Assembly (NCBI GenBank): GCA_964019335.1
Contig: OZ025750.1
Coordinates: 186,001-250,000 of the forward strand
Length of the DNA: 64,000 nucleotides
Direction of reading: 5' to 3'
Source of the DNA: Diplonema japonicum
Taxonomy: Eukaryota; Protista; Euglenozoa: Diplonemea
Both the position numbers and the translations under genes were made by a program. Shown here one piece after another: positions 11,854 through 22,984 of the stretch. Under the pieces are notes generated by a model that saw only the letters and a program-made list of their open reading frames with translations, made no database searches and was not told the DNA's origin. Position 1 is the first letter of the stretch. The number at the start of each line of letters is the position of its first letter.

Positions 11854-12445
11854 CTAGTCTTTTTTCAATTTTTTCAATGCCATCGAAAAAAAAAGGTTTT
11901 CCCTATGGGATAGCTATTGCCGGCATACGGGTCAAAAAAAAAGGGGGGAGGGGGGGAGGGCTTATCAGTGAGCAGACGAAAAAGGAAAAGGGAGAGAAAA
12001 AAAAAAATAAAACTTTAGCTAGCTTTTTTTTTTTTTTTTTTTCTATTTCTTCTTTTTCATCTTTTCGCCCTCTGTGTGACAATAAAAAAGAAAGAAGAAA
12101 AGAATGAAAAAAAAAAAGAAAAACAACTACTTTTAATCGTTTCAAAAAAAGAATTCATTTTCGGCGGTGCGGTCCTTGCTTTTTTTTTTACAGAAAGAAA
12201 AATAATTGCGAAGCTTGCGCCCAGCCAGAATACTGTAAACCAAGAAGAAATCGAATCAAAACCAGAAACGAAGAAGAAAAAGGGGTTTCTTTTTTCTTGG
12301 TTACAGTAGTTTTCTTTTCTTTTATTTTTATTTTTTTTTTCTCCTTAAAACTGTAAAGCAAAAAACAAAACAAACCAAAACAAAACAAACAAAAAAAAAA
12401 CGGACAAATCGAACGCAACTTTTTTTTTTTCTTTGAAGCCAAACG

Positions 12446-12752
12446 GGGAGCACCCACGCACACTGAGATTTATCAAATCTTTTTTGGTGGTGGGGATAAC
12501 ACAGAAATACGGAAAAATAAAGAAGTACCTTTGACCTCCTCGTCGGTCATCACCGGTAGCGCCCGAGTGGAAGAACGTATGGCAGATGCTCAGGGCAGCA
12601 AACTGCACGGGCTCAGAATCTTGGTCAGACACGACGCGGAACGCAGAAGCTACAGCTAGGCCGAGGCTCGCCCCCCTGTAATCAAGAAGACGATGCTTGT
12701 GCGGGGCGCCCTGCCACATACTGCAGGTACCCTTAAACAGTCTCTCTTTTTT
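12446..12752 (+). mobile_element. Stacked retroelement relics: 3' end of the LINE-C family (12446-12485), then a ~265-bp element ending in the LINE-B-type 3' hairpin
   Basis: gagcacccacgcacactgagatttatcaaat matches 28539-28571; cctgccacatactgcagg matches 54378-54395; related body sequence at 25775-25897. Confidence 0.6.
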
Positions 12753-12789
12753 ACTTTGGGAAAGGGGCAGATAAGTAGAGACAAGGAGA

Positions 12790-13060
12790 CGTTCCAAGAC
12801 AGGAAGCTCCTTTATCTCATCTCTCCCCTTTTTTTTTTTTTTTGATAATGAATTGCAATTGCTAAAAAAGAGTAGTGGGTAGCATTTGAGCTTATCCTTC
12901 TACAGGTTAACCCCCGGCTGTGCACAACCAACAATCAACCGACTCTTTTTTTTTTTTTTTTTTTGTTTCAACAATATTATTGTCGAGACTAAAAACTAGT
13001 TGATGGCAGCGTAATGAGATTTTATTAGGTAGAATCCCGCTCGTGCGCACAAACAAATGA
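12790..13060 (+). repeat. Copy of the 6382-6615 dispersed repeat
   Basis: Same conserved blocks in the same order. Confidence 0.65.
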
Positions 13061-13952
13061 AGCGCCAAACTAGTCTTTTGAGCTGATACCCCAAACGAGC
13101 CCCAAGGTGGTCCGCAGCAAAAAAAGAAAAAAAAAAAGAAAAAGAAGCACACACTTTCACATCACCTTCTTTCCCCACTTTTTCTTTTTTTTACAGCCCC
13201 CCCCCCGCCCCTTTTTGCAAGCAAGAATTATCTTTTTTGGTCTCTGTGGGGAGATGTCGAAATAGGATTATAGAATTTAGCTCTGGATTGAACTAGGCCC
13301 GAGAAAGGTTATAAGAAAAATGAAAAATAAAGCAAGGCCAGAGGTAAACAGGTATACAGGCTGGCTAAATTATGTACACCCCTATATTTGAGGTTTCTCC
13401 AATATAAATATATATGAGCTCGTCCGGACCAAAATGTCAACACTTTTTTGGGCACCTCCGAAAAATTCTTGTTTTGATTATTTGAGCAAAAAAAGGGCAG
13501 CATGCAACCATAGGAAGATGACATATATGGTGTACATGACGCCGTTCTTTCAATTGCGATGCTTGTTTTGCCATGAGGGTGGCAGGCTTTGCAACCGGCT
13601 GCCCCCGAGAAACGAAAAATAGAGGTCAGAAAACGGCTTAAAATGCAGCATCTAGGGTGCATAATATTGGTGATCAAGCGCACTTGTGACCCCGGGTACA
13701 ACCCAGGGTCGGGTTACTGTTAAAAGTACTTAGCGAAAAATATATGGCGCCGCATAGCCCCTGAAAACCCGGTTTTTTACACCCTATTTTTTGGCTTTTT
13801 CAAAAGGGGTTCCTAAGGGATTTTGGCCTTTTTCAGAAAAACAAATTCTTAACACTTGCCTGCTCATGCAGAGCTTCGACATTGGTATCTTTGGGGTCAA
13901 ACTTTCCTCTACCCATCTGCTGAGGTTTTCCCTTTTCTTTTGCACTCATAAT

Positions 13953-14798
13953 CATAGTGTCCAGGGTTAACCGATCACCTTCGGGTTTTGAAACCCGACC
14001 CGAGCAATTTTAGATTTTCGATCACAGTCGGGTTTATGATCGGTTTTTTTCTAATTTCGGATCGGTTTGATCGGTTTTTTTTTAATTTCGGATCGGTTTG
14101 ATCGGTTTGATCGGTTTTTTTCTAATTTCGGATCGGTCTGATCGGTTTTTTTTAATTTCGGATCGGTTTGATCGGTTTTTTTCTAATTTCGGATCGGTTT
14201 GATCGGTTTATGATCGGTTTTTTTTAATTTCGGATCGGTCTGATCGGTTTTTTTTAATTTCGGATCGGTTTGATCGATCCAAAACCCATATTTCTGGCAA
14301 AAAAATACCAAGACCATGCTCAAAATTTTTTTTTTCAAAAACCCTATTTTGACGATCTGAGCCCATTCCAGCCATTAAAACCCAAAATAGAGCCTTATTT
14401 AAGGCCTTAAAAGGCCTTGAAAATAATCCTTTTCTATGTCATTTTGATGCTCCCTGGGGTCGGCTTTGTGTATCTGGGGGGCCCGGGGGATGAAACGAAG
14501 GGTTTTAAGCATGATTGCATGCTCTCCTCCTGTTTTAATTTTGATTTTCCATTTTTTTTGTTTTTTCGCTTTTAATTAAAAACCCGTCAAAAAAAGCGAA
14601 AAAACAGCTTTTCGAGAAAATAATCCTTTTCTAAGTCGTTTTGATGCTCCCTGGGGCCGGCTTTGTGTATCTGGGGGGCCCGGGATACGAATATAAGGGT
14701 TTTAAGCATGGTTGCATGCTCGCCTTTCATTTGACGTCAATTTAAAACCCGATTGTAATTAAAAACCCGCGGGTGATCGGTTAACCCTGGATACTATG
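13953..14798. mobile_element. Nested non-autonomous DNA transposon with 27-bp TIRs and 6-bp TSD (cataat)
   Basis: Left TIR catagtgtccagggttaaccgatcacc, right ggtgatcggttaaccctggatactatg (1 mismatch); cataat at 13947-13952 and 14799-14804. Confidence 0.8.
14030..14280. repeat. Internal tandem array of gatcggttt / taatttcggatcgg units
   Basis: About 7 units of ~30-40 bp, each containing the gatcgg core of the TIR; a further internal duplication at ~14420-14530 vs ~14617-14725. Confidence 0.85.
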
Positions 14799-15399
14799 CA
14801 TAATACTTTAAAAGTGAAAATTTTGCTTTTTTAAGGGGTTTTAAAGAGATTTTAGCCTTAAATAGGCCAAAATGGCACTTTAAAGGTAAGTTCTCCCCAC
14901 CCCATTTTAATAGTGATTTAGAGCCCAGCCCACCCAAAATGACCCCAAAGGTATCACAGATTTTCAATCTACGTCCATTCTTCCTGTCGCTTTTCACGGA
15001 AAAACGAAAATAAAAAATGGAGTCTGGGTTATTTGTAACTTCGTTTGCCAAAAACCATTCTAAAAAACATGTTTTTGCACGTGCGTTTTAAAAATAAAAC
15101 AAACGGCGAGCATTTTGACCTATATGGTGTTCAAGCTTAGACTGCATTTCTGCACACAAAGTGGTGTCGGACTACTCTTTTACTTAGAAATTTAACGGGG
15201 GTTTTCTGCCGCATAGGAGGGTCATTTGTTGACATTTTTTCCCGGACGAGCTCATATATATTTTTTTAATGTGGTTGGTGTTCCCCCCCCCCCCCCCCCC
15301 CTTCTCTCCCCTCCCCCCGATTGTGGCCATAATTCTCACTTTCAACGAACGTAGTTTTTTTCTTTCAGAATTTTTTCTTTTCTTTTTCGGCGGACTTTA

Positions 15400-15600
15400 G
15401 CAAGCTAACGGCAGGGGAATACAGGCAGGAGGAACACGGTGGAGCTGGCACTGGACTTCGAGAATGTGAGATTGCATGGGCTGATGGCGCGTACTGAAGA
15501 AGGTGAAAGGAAGGAGGGCCTTCCCAGCGAAACCGTGCACAAGGGTGCAAATACTACGATCCATCGGGAGGACAAAGGCGGTGATCGGATGGAACAGTCT
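15400..15600 (+). mobile_element. Degenerate fragment of the non-LTR element C-terminal domain
   Basis: Encodes TVELALDFEN and, across frameshifts, RAFPAKPCTRV...LRSIG...IGWN, matching the ends of LINE-A to LINE-D. Confidence 0.65.
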
Positions 15601-16085
15601 TTTCTGAAAGAAAAAAAAAAAGAAAAAAGTGATTTTTATTACAACCTTATGTAGTCTGTGCCGGGCAAAAAAAACCATAGCAGGGTTATTTCTAAGTTTT
15701 TTTTATTATACCTATTTTTATACTAATTACGAAACTGGGGCATGTCGGGGCCGACAAACTCTCGGTCGCCCAAAAAAAAAAAAAAGAAATCAGGACACTT
15801 GAATGGGGTTCGGAAACCGTACTTTCTCAAAAACCATAGACTGTACTCCAAGGGGCCGAATTAATGCCGCCGAGTGCGATAGTGCAGGAGGGCGCGGCGG
15901 GTACTTTTTTGCTTCTTCCCCCCCCACCTCCCCTTACTCGAGTGGGGGAAAAGAGCAAAACATATATGTTTTTGACCCGTAAATATTATTATCTTTTTTT
16001 TTTTTTCTGTTTCTTTTTTTTTTTTTTTTTTTTTTTTAATTCTTACAGTTCGCTATTTTATTTTTACCAAAAAAAAACCCACAAA

Positions 16086-16118
<33 letters not shown>

Positions 16119-16120
16119 CA

Positions 16121-16222
16121 GAGAAACTGGCTGTTGTTTGAACGTGGGTAAAACCTGAAGAAGTTTTTTTTAAAACCCGAAACACGTTACCATTTTGTCA
16201 AAAGACCCGTCTTCTCGCAAAA
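16121..16222 (-). repeat. Diverged copy of the ~110-bp SINE-like repeat
   Basis: Reverse-complement similarity to 43024-43136. Confidence 0.5.
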
Positions 16223-17259
16223 ATGCTCAAAGGTCAACCCCCCCAAAAAAAAAGTTTCAAAAGAATTGAAAATAGACTTCCTGAGATCCAGACCCACTGT
16301 AACTTGATTAATCTGCCTGCGCGAAGCCCCACAGTGCATGGCAGCGTATACTTCACTCCCCCCCCACTGAAATCAAGTTACGTTTTTTTTTTTTTTTTTT
16401 TTTTTTTCCCTCTTTCTTTAAGAAAAACAAAGAAGAAAAAAAAAACAACCCCTATTTTATATCTAATATCATAGAAAAAGAAAAAGAATAAAAAAAACAT
16501 CGTGGGGGCGATAACAAAAAGGAACGGCGGCAAGAAAAAGAAACAAGTAACAAGTAACGAGTAGCAACGAACGAAAAGGTTAAATGTTGTTTACTCGTTG
16601 CTGCTCTCAGGGCAGCTCAACTCCCGGCTTTTCAAAATTCTTGACCGTGCGCGTATTGCTAACTAACAAGAAAGTAAGTGTGAACATAAACTGGGATGAG
16701 ATTCCTGTGCGGATTTAGTACTATAGAACCAACGTTTTCTTTTTGAAGATTTTTTGAAAACCCCCTCAGAGGACGTGGGCTAAGGATTCACTTTTTTCAA
16801 AACCGGGGCCCCAGAATTTTTTGTTTCTATTTCAGAGAGAAAAAAAAAGAAAAGATGAGAAAAAGAAACACTTTTTTTTTCTTTTCAAAGCGGGAAGAAT
16901 TTGGCCATGTCTCGAGTGAAGAAAAAAAAAAAAAGAAATGTCATTGGAGGAAAAGTGAGTTTATCTTATAATTTTATTTCTATATCCCCCCCCCCCCATT
17001 ATAGATTCTTCTTCGATATGTTCTGCCGAACCCGGGAGAGATAGTTAATTTTCTCCTTCCCCTCCTTCCCGTTTCCCGCGTAAACATCGTTTTCTCTCTT
17101 TTTTCTTTTGTGCGGGCCGTTGCTTACCACTTCGTTTCCTATCAATGTGAATTTTCCCCCCCACCCCCCCCTCTTTTTTCCCAAACCATTTCTCTTCAAA
17201 TTCTTTTTCTTTTTTTTTTTATTTATATTATTATTCGGCTTATTATTCCTCCACCCCCC

Positions 17260-17560
17260 CCCCTGTTCGCCCCTGCTCGCGAGCTCCCTGTGCTCATCCA
17301 GCCACAGGTCGTACGCCTTCTGCGCGCCTTCCTCGTCCTCACACACCATTACCCCCTCCCCCTTTGGCTCTGTGAGGACGGGGCAATGCCAGTCCGCCGG
17401 GTCCAGGCTCACTGCGCCCATTACCTTCCTTGCTGGCACCTTCGTCCACTTCAGCAAAGGCTTTGTCACTGTCTGCTTCGACGCCTGTTTTCCTTGCCTC
17501 GCTTGTTGCTGTTGCTTATTCCCTTGTCCCTGCTGTTGACGCGGCTTCGTCTGTTGCTTC
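17260..17560 (-). mobile_element. Possible fragment of a retroelement ORF1 on the minus strand
   Basis: GC-rich island; Q/G/K-rich stretch then VSLDPADWHCPVL..GEGV, loosely like LINE-A and LINE-B ORF1 N-termini. Confidence 0.3.
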
Positions 17561-17569
17561 TTCTCATAA

Positions 17570-17677
17570 GGCTATACTGGCAGAAAGAAACGGGGAAACG
17601 TTTCCGTTTCCGTTTCCGTTTCCGTTTCCTTATTTTCAGAAAAGGTGCTTGGAAACGCGTTTCTTGCCAGCATAGCC
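17570..17677. mobile_element. MITE-like element, copy 2
   Basis: ggctatactggcag...cttgccagcatagcc inverted ends; internal cgtttc repeats as in 548-712. Confidence 0.6.
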
Positions 17678-17716
17678 GCCCCCCCCTGCAATTCAATTAC
17701 AACTACAGAGGACAAC

Positions 17717-17985
17717 ATGCCGCTGGAGCAGCATGCCTTTCACTTGAGGAGTTCGATCGTCGCCTTCTTAAGGACGGATTGCAACATGACTACCTTGGTC
17801 ACAACAACGACTGTGAACCCTTACTTTGCTGGAAAGCTTTGGCGTAACGTGATCAAAGCAGCGGGGCACTGAGCTCGCCTTGCACTTGTTGAAGGCAGGT
17901 GGGAGCAAGATGACAAGAAGACTCGGGGAGAGGCCTCTGTCTCCCACCTGTTCCCGGATAAGACCGACCGACGTTCCTGCCTTCT
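17717..17985 (+). pseudogene. Highly decayed adenylate cyclase paralog relic
   Basis: atgccgctggagcagcatgcc (MPLEQHA) start and gtgatcaaagcagcggggcac resemble the paralogs; heavily deleted. Confidence 0.45.
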
Positions 17986-18093
17986 GCTTTCTAGGAGAGA
18001 CACGGGTATGTCGCTGCACACCCCATGGAACAGTTGCAGTATTTATAGTGAATTATTTGCGAGGGCTGGCACACTTAGTCTTCAGGTGGGAAA

Positions 18094-20211
18094 ATGCCTC
18101 TGGAACAGTATGCCCCATTCCGCTGGGCAATGAGTGCTGGTGACACACCGCAAGAGATTTATCGTAAGAAGTTGATTGTGATTGTCTTCTTTGCGCAGTT
18201 GATTACTGCGTTGTCTGCTGCGATGCAAGCGGGAGCTCTCTACCAGGGTGTCCTGGGTAACGCTTACGTTTCTCTGTGGTTTGCTATACTTTTGCTTTAC
18301 TTTCATGTGTTTCTTGGACAGTACAGGCCTTGGGCCATTGAGGCAGCTATATATATGTCAACCTTTGGTATCATTATCCACGATTACCAGTTTCTAGCCC
18401 TCTTTGGCACGTCCACAGCATGGTTTACACTTGTTATTTTTATTGACTTGTGCCTTGTGCTCCGTTTGCCGAATAGGGCTTCTTGCAGCATCATCGCCGT
18501 GACTATCTGCTGGCTTGTTCTTCGCCACACTGAAGAGTTCATGCGCTTTGGCCTCCTTGACGCCTCCTTCCTCCCTTCGCAAGCCGATCGCCGTGAGAAC
18601 AACAATGACTTCTGCAACTGTGAAACCCTTCCTTGCAAAGGCGTAATGGGCCGTTCGTCCCTCAGCTTCTTCCGTGCCACCTTTCTCCTCGTGCTTGACT
18701 TCTACTTCACAAGAGGCTTTGCTTCCAGACTCTTCAAAGAGAGGGACAAGATGGACAAGGTGATCAAAACAGCTGAGCACATTGCCGACTCCCTCTCGAA
18801 GTTTGACCTCGCCCAGGCTGAGGCTGTCCTCAACACCTCTGAGCTCCCCGAGCCCATGCACGACGCCTTCAGCAGGATCCTCGACAACCTCCGCAGATAC
18901 CGCCCCTACCTCCCTGAGGCCCTGTTCTCCGAGCTTCTACTAACGTCAACAACAGCTCCTGGTGAGTGTCATGATGTCCCCGCCCCCGGCCTCGTGTCAC
19001 AGCATGTGGCGATGGTGTTCACTGACATCCAGGGGTCGACGGCGACATGGGAGGCATGTCCAGATGGGATGAAGGAAGGGCTTCGGGTTCACAACAATGT
19101 GATGCGGGAGTGTGCTGTGGAGTGGAACGGGTACGAGGTTAAGACGATCGGGGACGCCTTCATGGTCGCCTTTGAGCGGACCTGCGATGCTGTGTCCTTC
19201 TCCTTGTCTGTTCAGGAGGGCCTTGTTGAGGCAGTGTGGCCTGTGGGGCTTCTCCAGCTGGACCACTGTTCCTACAATGACGACGGCCCTTGGTGCGGGC
19301 TCCGTGTTCGGATCGGTGTCCACTGTGGTGAGGTGGATGCACAGCTGAACACCCTGACAGGTAGGTACGACTACTTCGGGAACACTGTGAACAAGGCGGC
19401 TCGGATGGAAGGGGCGTGCATCGGTGGAGCGGTTGCGGTGACACCTGAGGTGATGGAAGAGGTGGAGTACATGCACATAGATGTGGTGGTGATCCCAATG
19501 GGGGTGACGAAGCTGAAGGGGATCGAAGGGTCTGTCAATCCCTTCCTTCTCCTCCCAATGATGTTGAAGAGGAGGCAACCCTTTGTGGAGTCACAACTTC
19601 TTTTGGACAACGTTCAGCGAAAGCTAATTGTCAAGGAAGGTGTCACCACACCTGTGACCAGCCCAGCCATGTTGAAGACAGTCTCCTCGGCTACTGTGTG
19701 CAAGGCGGAGGTGCAGCTTGACACGAACAAAGTATCTGATCTGACGCACATTCTGAACGAGCTTCTTGCGAAGGTGACCCTTTGTGTGGAGCGAACGCAT
19801 GGTGTGGTGATCTCCCTCCAGGGGAGCAGGGTGGCCCTTGGGTGGAACGCCTCGCGACCCTGCTCCTCTCACGTGGAGAGCGCCTTCACCTTTGTGAAGA
19901 TGCTACACCGTTCGTATGGGGAAGGGGATGCCACTAATGTACATCTCGGGCTGTCGAGCAGCCTCGCACACCACGGGACCCTTGGTGGAGGGAGCCAGCG
20001 GTTTGTGGCGGTTGTGGGGAGCTGTCTTGGGGTGAGCGATGCCCTGTGCACGATGGGGATGCAGAGGGGGCTGTACTGCTTGTATGGGTCGTCGTCCTCG
20101 AGCCTGAGGGTCCCTGGGGTAGAAACTTTTCACCTTGATGGTACTTCTGGCTTTTCCGGTCTTACCGACACATATGTTCATGAGGTTGCGGTAGCTAGTA
20201 CTAACAACTAA
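18094..20211 (+). CDS. Multi-TM class III adenylate cyclase (paralog 3)
   Basis: 705 aa; same catalytic motifs as paralog 2; preceded by a ttcag|g acceptor-like site. Confidence 0.92.
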   Translation: MPLEQYAPFRWAMSAGDTPQEIYRKKLIVIVFFAQLITALSAAMQAGALYQGVLGNAYVSLWFAILLLYFHVFLGQYRPWAIEAAIYMSTFGIIIHDYQFLALFGTSTAWFTLVIFIDLCLVLRLPNRASCSIIAVTICWLVLRHTEEFMRFGLLDASFLPSQADRRENNNDFCNCETLPCKGVMGRSSLSFFRATFLLVLDFYFTRGFASRLFKERDKMDKVIKTAEHIADSLSKFDLAQAEAVLNTSELPEPMHDAFSRILDNLRRYRPYLPEALFSELLLTSTTAPGECHDVPAPGLVSQHVAMVFTDIQGSTATWEACPDGMKEGLRVHNNVMRECAVEWNGYEVKTIGDAFMVAFERTCDAVSFSLSVQEGLVEAVWPVGLLQLDHCSYNDDGPWCGLRVRIGVHCGEVDAQLNTLTGRYDYFGNTVNKAARMEGACIGGAVAVTPEVMEEVEYMHIDVVVIPMGVTKLKGIEGSVNPFLLLPMMLKRRQPFVESQLLLDNVQRKLIVKEGVTTPVTSPAMLKTVSSATVCKAEVQLDTNKVSDLTHILNELLAKVTLCVERTHGVVISLQGSRVALGWNASRPCSSHVESAFTFVKMLHRSYGEGDATNVHLGLSSSLAHHGTLGGGSQRFVAVVGSCLGVSDALCTMGMQRGLYCLYGSSSSSLRVPGVETFHLDGTSGFSGLTDTYVHEVAVASTNN

Positions 20212-20741
20212 GCTTGAAAGAAGACCAGCTGGCGAGTGGCTACTGCTCACCATCATGAGTTTGCGATAACAGGTAAGCCTTTCGTGATCACTGGTTCACC
20301 TTTATGATACTTTCCTTGGCACTTCTAATAGTATAGACATACACATGAAGTTCGGCTGTAATATGCTAACAAGTTTGCTTCCGCAAACACCTCATTTATT
20401 TTATTGGGGGGGGGGGACACAATTGAAAGGGAAACTCTCTTTCTTAAGCCGTACACGTGGGGAAACCTGGACGGGGGTGGAGATCCCACAGTTAGCATCG
20501 CCGGAGTCTCGAGGTAGTTTCACGAATTCTGCTTTTCTAAACATGCCTCCCACAACGTCCACTCCAGTTGGTGTTTATTTGCTTCTGGTAAAAGCTTTCT
20601 TTTCCTCTCCACTTCTACTTTTACTTTCTACGGGACAACAGGGAACTTGAGAGGCTTCGGGGGGGTTTCACGAGGGTGGCACTACTGAAATCGAGACTAC
20701 CTTTTTTTGTAGCTGGCACACCCAAATTCAAAGGAGGGGGG

Positions 20742-22859
20742 ATGATGCTTTCGCTGGAACAGTATGCCCCATTCCGCTGGGCAATGAGGGCTGGTGACAC
20801 ACCGCAAGAGATTTATCGTAAGAAGTTGATTGTGATTGTCTTCTTTGCGCAGTTGATTACTGCGTTGTCTGCTGCGATGCAAGCGGGAGCTCTCTACCAG
20901 GGTGTCCTGGGTAACGCTTACGTTTCTCTGTGTTTTGCTATACTTTTGCTTTACTTTCATGTGTTTCTTGGACAGTACAGGCCTTGGGCCATTGAGGCAG
21001 CTATATATATGTCAACCTTTGGTATCATTATCCACGATTACCAGTTTCTAGCCCTCTTTGGCACGTCCACAGCATGGTTTACACTTGTTATTTTTATTGA
21101 CTTGTGCCTTGTGCTCCGTTTGCCGAATAGGGCTTCTTGCAGCATCATCGCCGTGACTATCTGCTGGCTTGTTCTTCGCCACACTGAAGAGTTCATGCGC
21201 TTTGGCCTCCTTGACGCCTCCTTCCTCCCTTCGCAAGCCGATCGCCGTGAGAACAACAATGACTTCTGCAACTGTGAAACCCTTCCTTGCAAAGGCGTAA
21301 TGGGCCGTTCGTCCCTCAGCTTCTTCCGTGCCACCTTTCTCCTCGTGCTTGACTTCTACTTCACAAGAGGCTTTGCTTCCAGACTCTTCAAAGAGAGGGA
21401 CAAGATGGACAAGGTGATCAAAACAGCTGAGCACATTGCCGACTCCCTCTCGAAGTTTGACCTCGCCCAGGCTGAGGCTGTCCTCAACACCTCTGAGCTC
21501 CCCGAGCCCATGCACGACGCCTTCAGCAGGATCCTCGACAACCTCCGCAGATACCGCCCCTACCTCCCTGAGGCCCTGTTCTCCGAGCTTCTACTAACGT
21601 CAACAACAGCTCCTGGTGAGTGTCATGATGTCCCCGCCCCCGGCCTCGTGTCACAGCATGTGGCGATGGTGTTCACTGACATCCAGGGGTCGACGGCGAC
21701 ATGGGAGGCATGTCCAGATGGGATGAAGGAAGGGCTTCGGGTTCACAACAATGTGATGCGGGAGTGTGCTGTGGAGTGGAACGGGTACGAGGTTAAGACG
21801 ATCGGGGACGCCTTCATGGTCGCCTTTGAGCGGACCTGCGATGCTGTGTCCTTCTCCTTGTCTGTTCAGGAGGGCCTTGTTGAGGCAGTGTGGCCTGTGG
21901 GGCTTCTCCAGCTGGACCACTGTTCCTACAATGACGACGGCCCTTGGTGCGGGCTCCGTGTTCGGATCGGTGTCCACTGTGGTGAGGTGGATGCACAGCT
22001 GAACACCCTGACAGGTAGGTACGACTACTTCGGGAACACTGTGAACAAGGCGGCTCGGATGGAAGGGGCGTGCATCGGTGGAGCGGTTGCGGTGACACCT
22101 GAGGTGATGGAAGAGGTGGAGTACATGCACATAGATGTGGTGGTGATCCCAATGGGGGTGACGAAGCTGAAGGGGATCGAAGGGTCTGTCAATCCCTTCC
22201 TTCTCCTCCCAATGATGTTGAAGAGGAGGCAACCCTTTGTGGAGTCACAACTTCTTTTGGACAACGTTCAGCGAAAGCTAATTGTCAGTGAACGTTCTAT
22301 CACATTTGTGAACCGCGCGGACATATTGAAGACAGTCCCCTCGGCTACTGTGTGCAAGGCGGAGGTGCAGCTTGACACGGACAAAGTATCTGATCTGACG
22401 CACATTCTGAACGAGCTTCTTGCGAAGGTGACCCTTTGTGTGGAGCGAACGCATGGTGTGGTGATCTCCCTCCAGGGGAGCAGGGTGGCCCTTGGGTGGA
22501 ACGCCTCGCGACCCTGCTCCTCTCACGTGGAGAGCGCCTTCACCTTTGTGAAGATGCTACACCGTTCGTATGGGGAAGGGGATGCCACTAATGTACATCT
22601 CGGGCTGTCGAGCAGCCTCGCACACCACGGGACCCTTGGTGGAGGGAGCCAGCGGTTTGTGGCGGTTGTGGGGAGCTGTCTTGGGGTGAGCGATGCCCTG
22701 TGCACGATGGGGATGCAGAGGGGGCTGTACTGCTTGTATGGGTCGTCGTCCTCGAGCCTGAGGGTCCCTGGGGTGACCACTGTTCAACTTGATGCTACTT
22801 GTGGTTCCAGCACATATGTTCATGAGGTTGTGATAACAGATGACAAGTCTCATAATTAA
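20742..22859 (+). CDS. Multi-TM class III adenylate cyclase (paralog 4)
   Basis: First in-frame ATG at 20742; nearly identical to paralog 3 over ~1.5 kb. Confidence 0.92.
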   Translation: MMLSLEQYAPFRWAMRAGDTPQEIYRKKLIVIVFFAQLITALSAAMQAGALYQGVLGNAYVSLCFAILLLYFHVFLGQYRPWAIEAAIYMSTFGIIIHDYQFLALFGTSTAWFTLVIFIDLCLVLRLPNRASCSIIAVTICWLVLRHTEEFMRFGLLDASFLPSQADRRENNNDFCNCETLPCKGVMGRSSLSFFRATFLLVLDFYFTRGFASRLFKERDKMDKVIKTAEHIADSLSKFDLAQAEAVLNTSELPEPMHDAFSRILDNLRRYRPYLPEALFSELLLTSTTAPGECHDVPAPGLVSQHVAMVFTDIQGSTATWEACPDGMKEGLRVHNNVMRECAVEWNGYEVKTIGDAFMVAFERTCDAVSFSLSVQEGLVEAVWPVGLLQLDHCSYNDDGPWCGLRVRIGVHCGEVDAQLNTLTGRYDYFGNTVNKAARMEGACIGGAVAVTPEVMEEVEYMHIDVVVIPMGVTKLKGIEGSVNPFLLLPMMLKRRQPFVESQLLLDNVQRKLIVSERSITFVNRADILKTVPSATVCKAEVQLDTDKVSDLTHILNELLAKVTLCVERTHGVVISLQGSRVALGWNASRPCSSHVESAFTFVKMLHRSYGEGDATNVHLGLSSSLAHHGTLGGGSQRFVAVVGSCLGVSDALCTMGMQRGLYCLYGSSSSSLRVPGVTTVQLDATCGSSTYVHEVVITDDKSHN

Positions 22860-22984
22860 TGTAGATTGCTTACGCAACCTGGTTAATACTTTCCGTTGTT
22901 GTTTTCGCCCCCCTCTGCCCCCCTTTCTTTTTAGAATGATTTTGTTTCAATCGATGCTAAATCGGACCAGGCAGGGGAACTAAA

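Larger units (their letters stand above)
13416..15253. mobile_element. Non-autonomous DNA transposon with 27-bp TIRs (GAG...CTC termini) and ATAT target duplication; Sola-like
   Basis: Left TIR gagctcgtccggaccaaaatgtcaaca vs right tgttgacattttttcccggacgagctc (3 mismatches); ATAT on both flanks; no transposase ORF. Confidence 0.75.

Noticed and set aside
13354-13410. Tc1/mariner-like terminus (tacaggctggctaaattatgtacaccc)
   Set aside because: No matching opposite TIR found in the window.
14030-14280. CRISPR-like repeat array
   Set aside because: No unique spacers and no cas genes; it is a tandem repeat inside a TIR element in a eukaryote.
15735-15905. GC-rich island as a structured ncRNA or tRNA
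   Set aside because: No cloverleaf, snoRNA boxes or other recognisable family motif.
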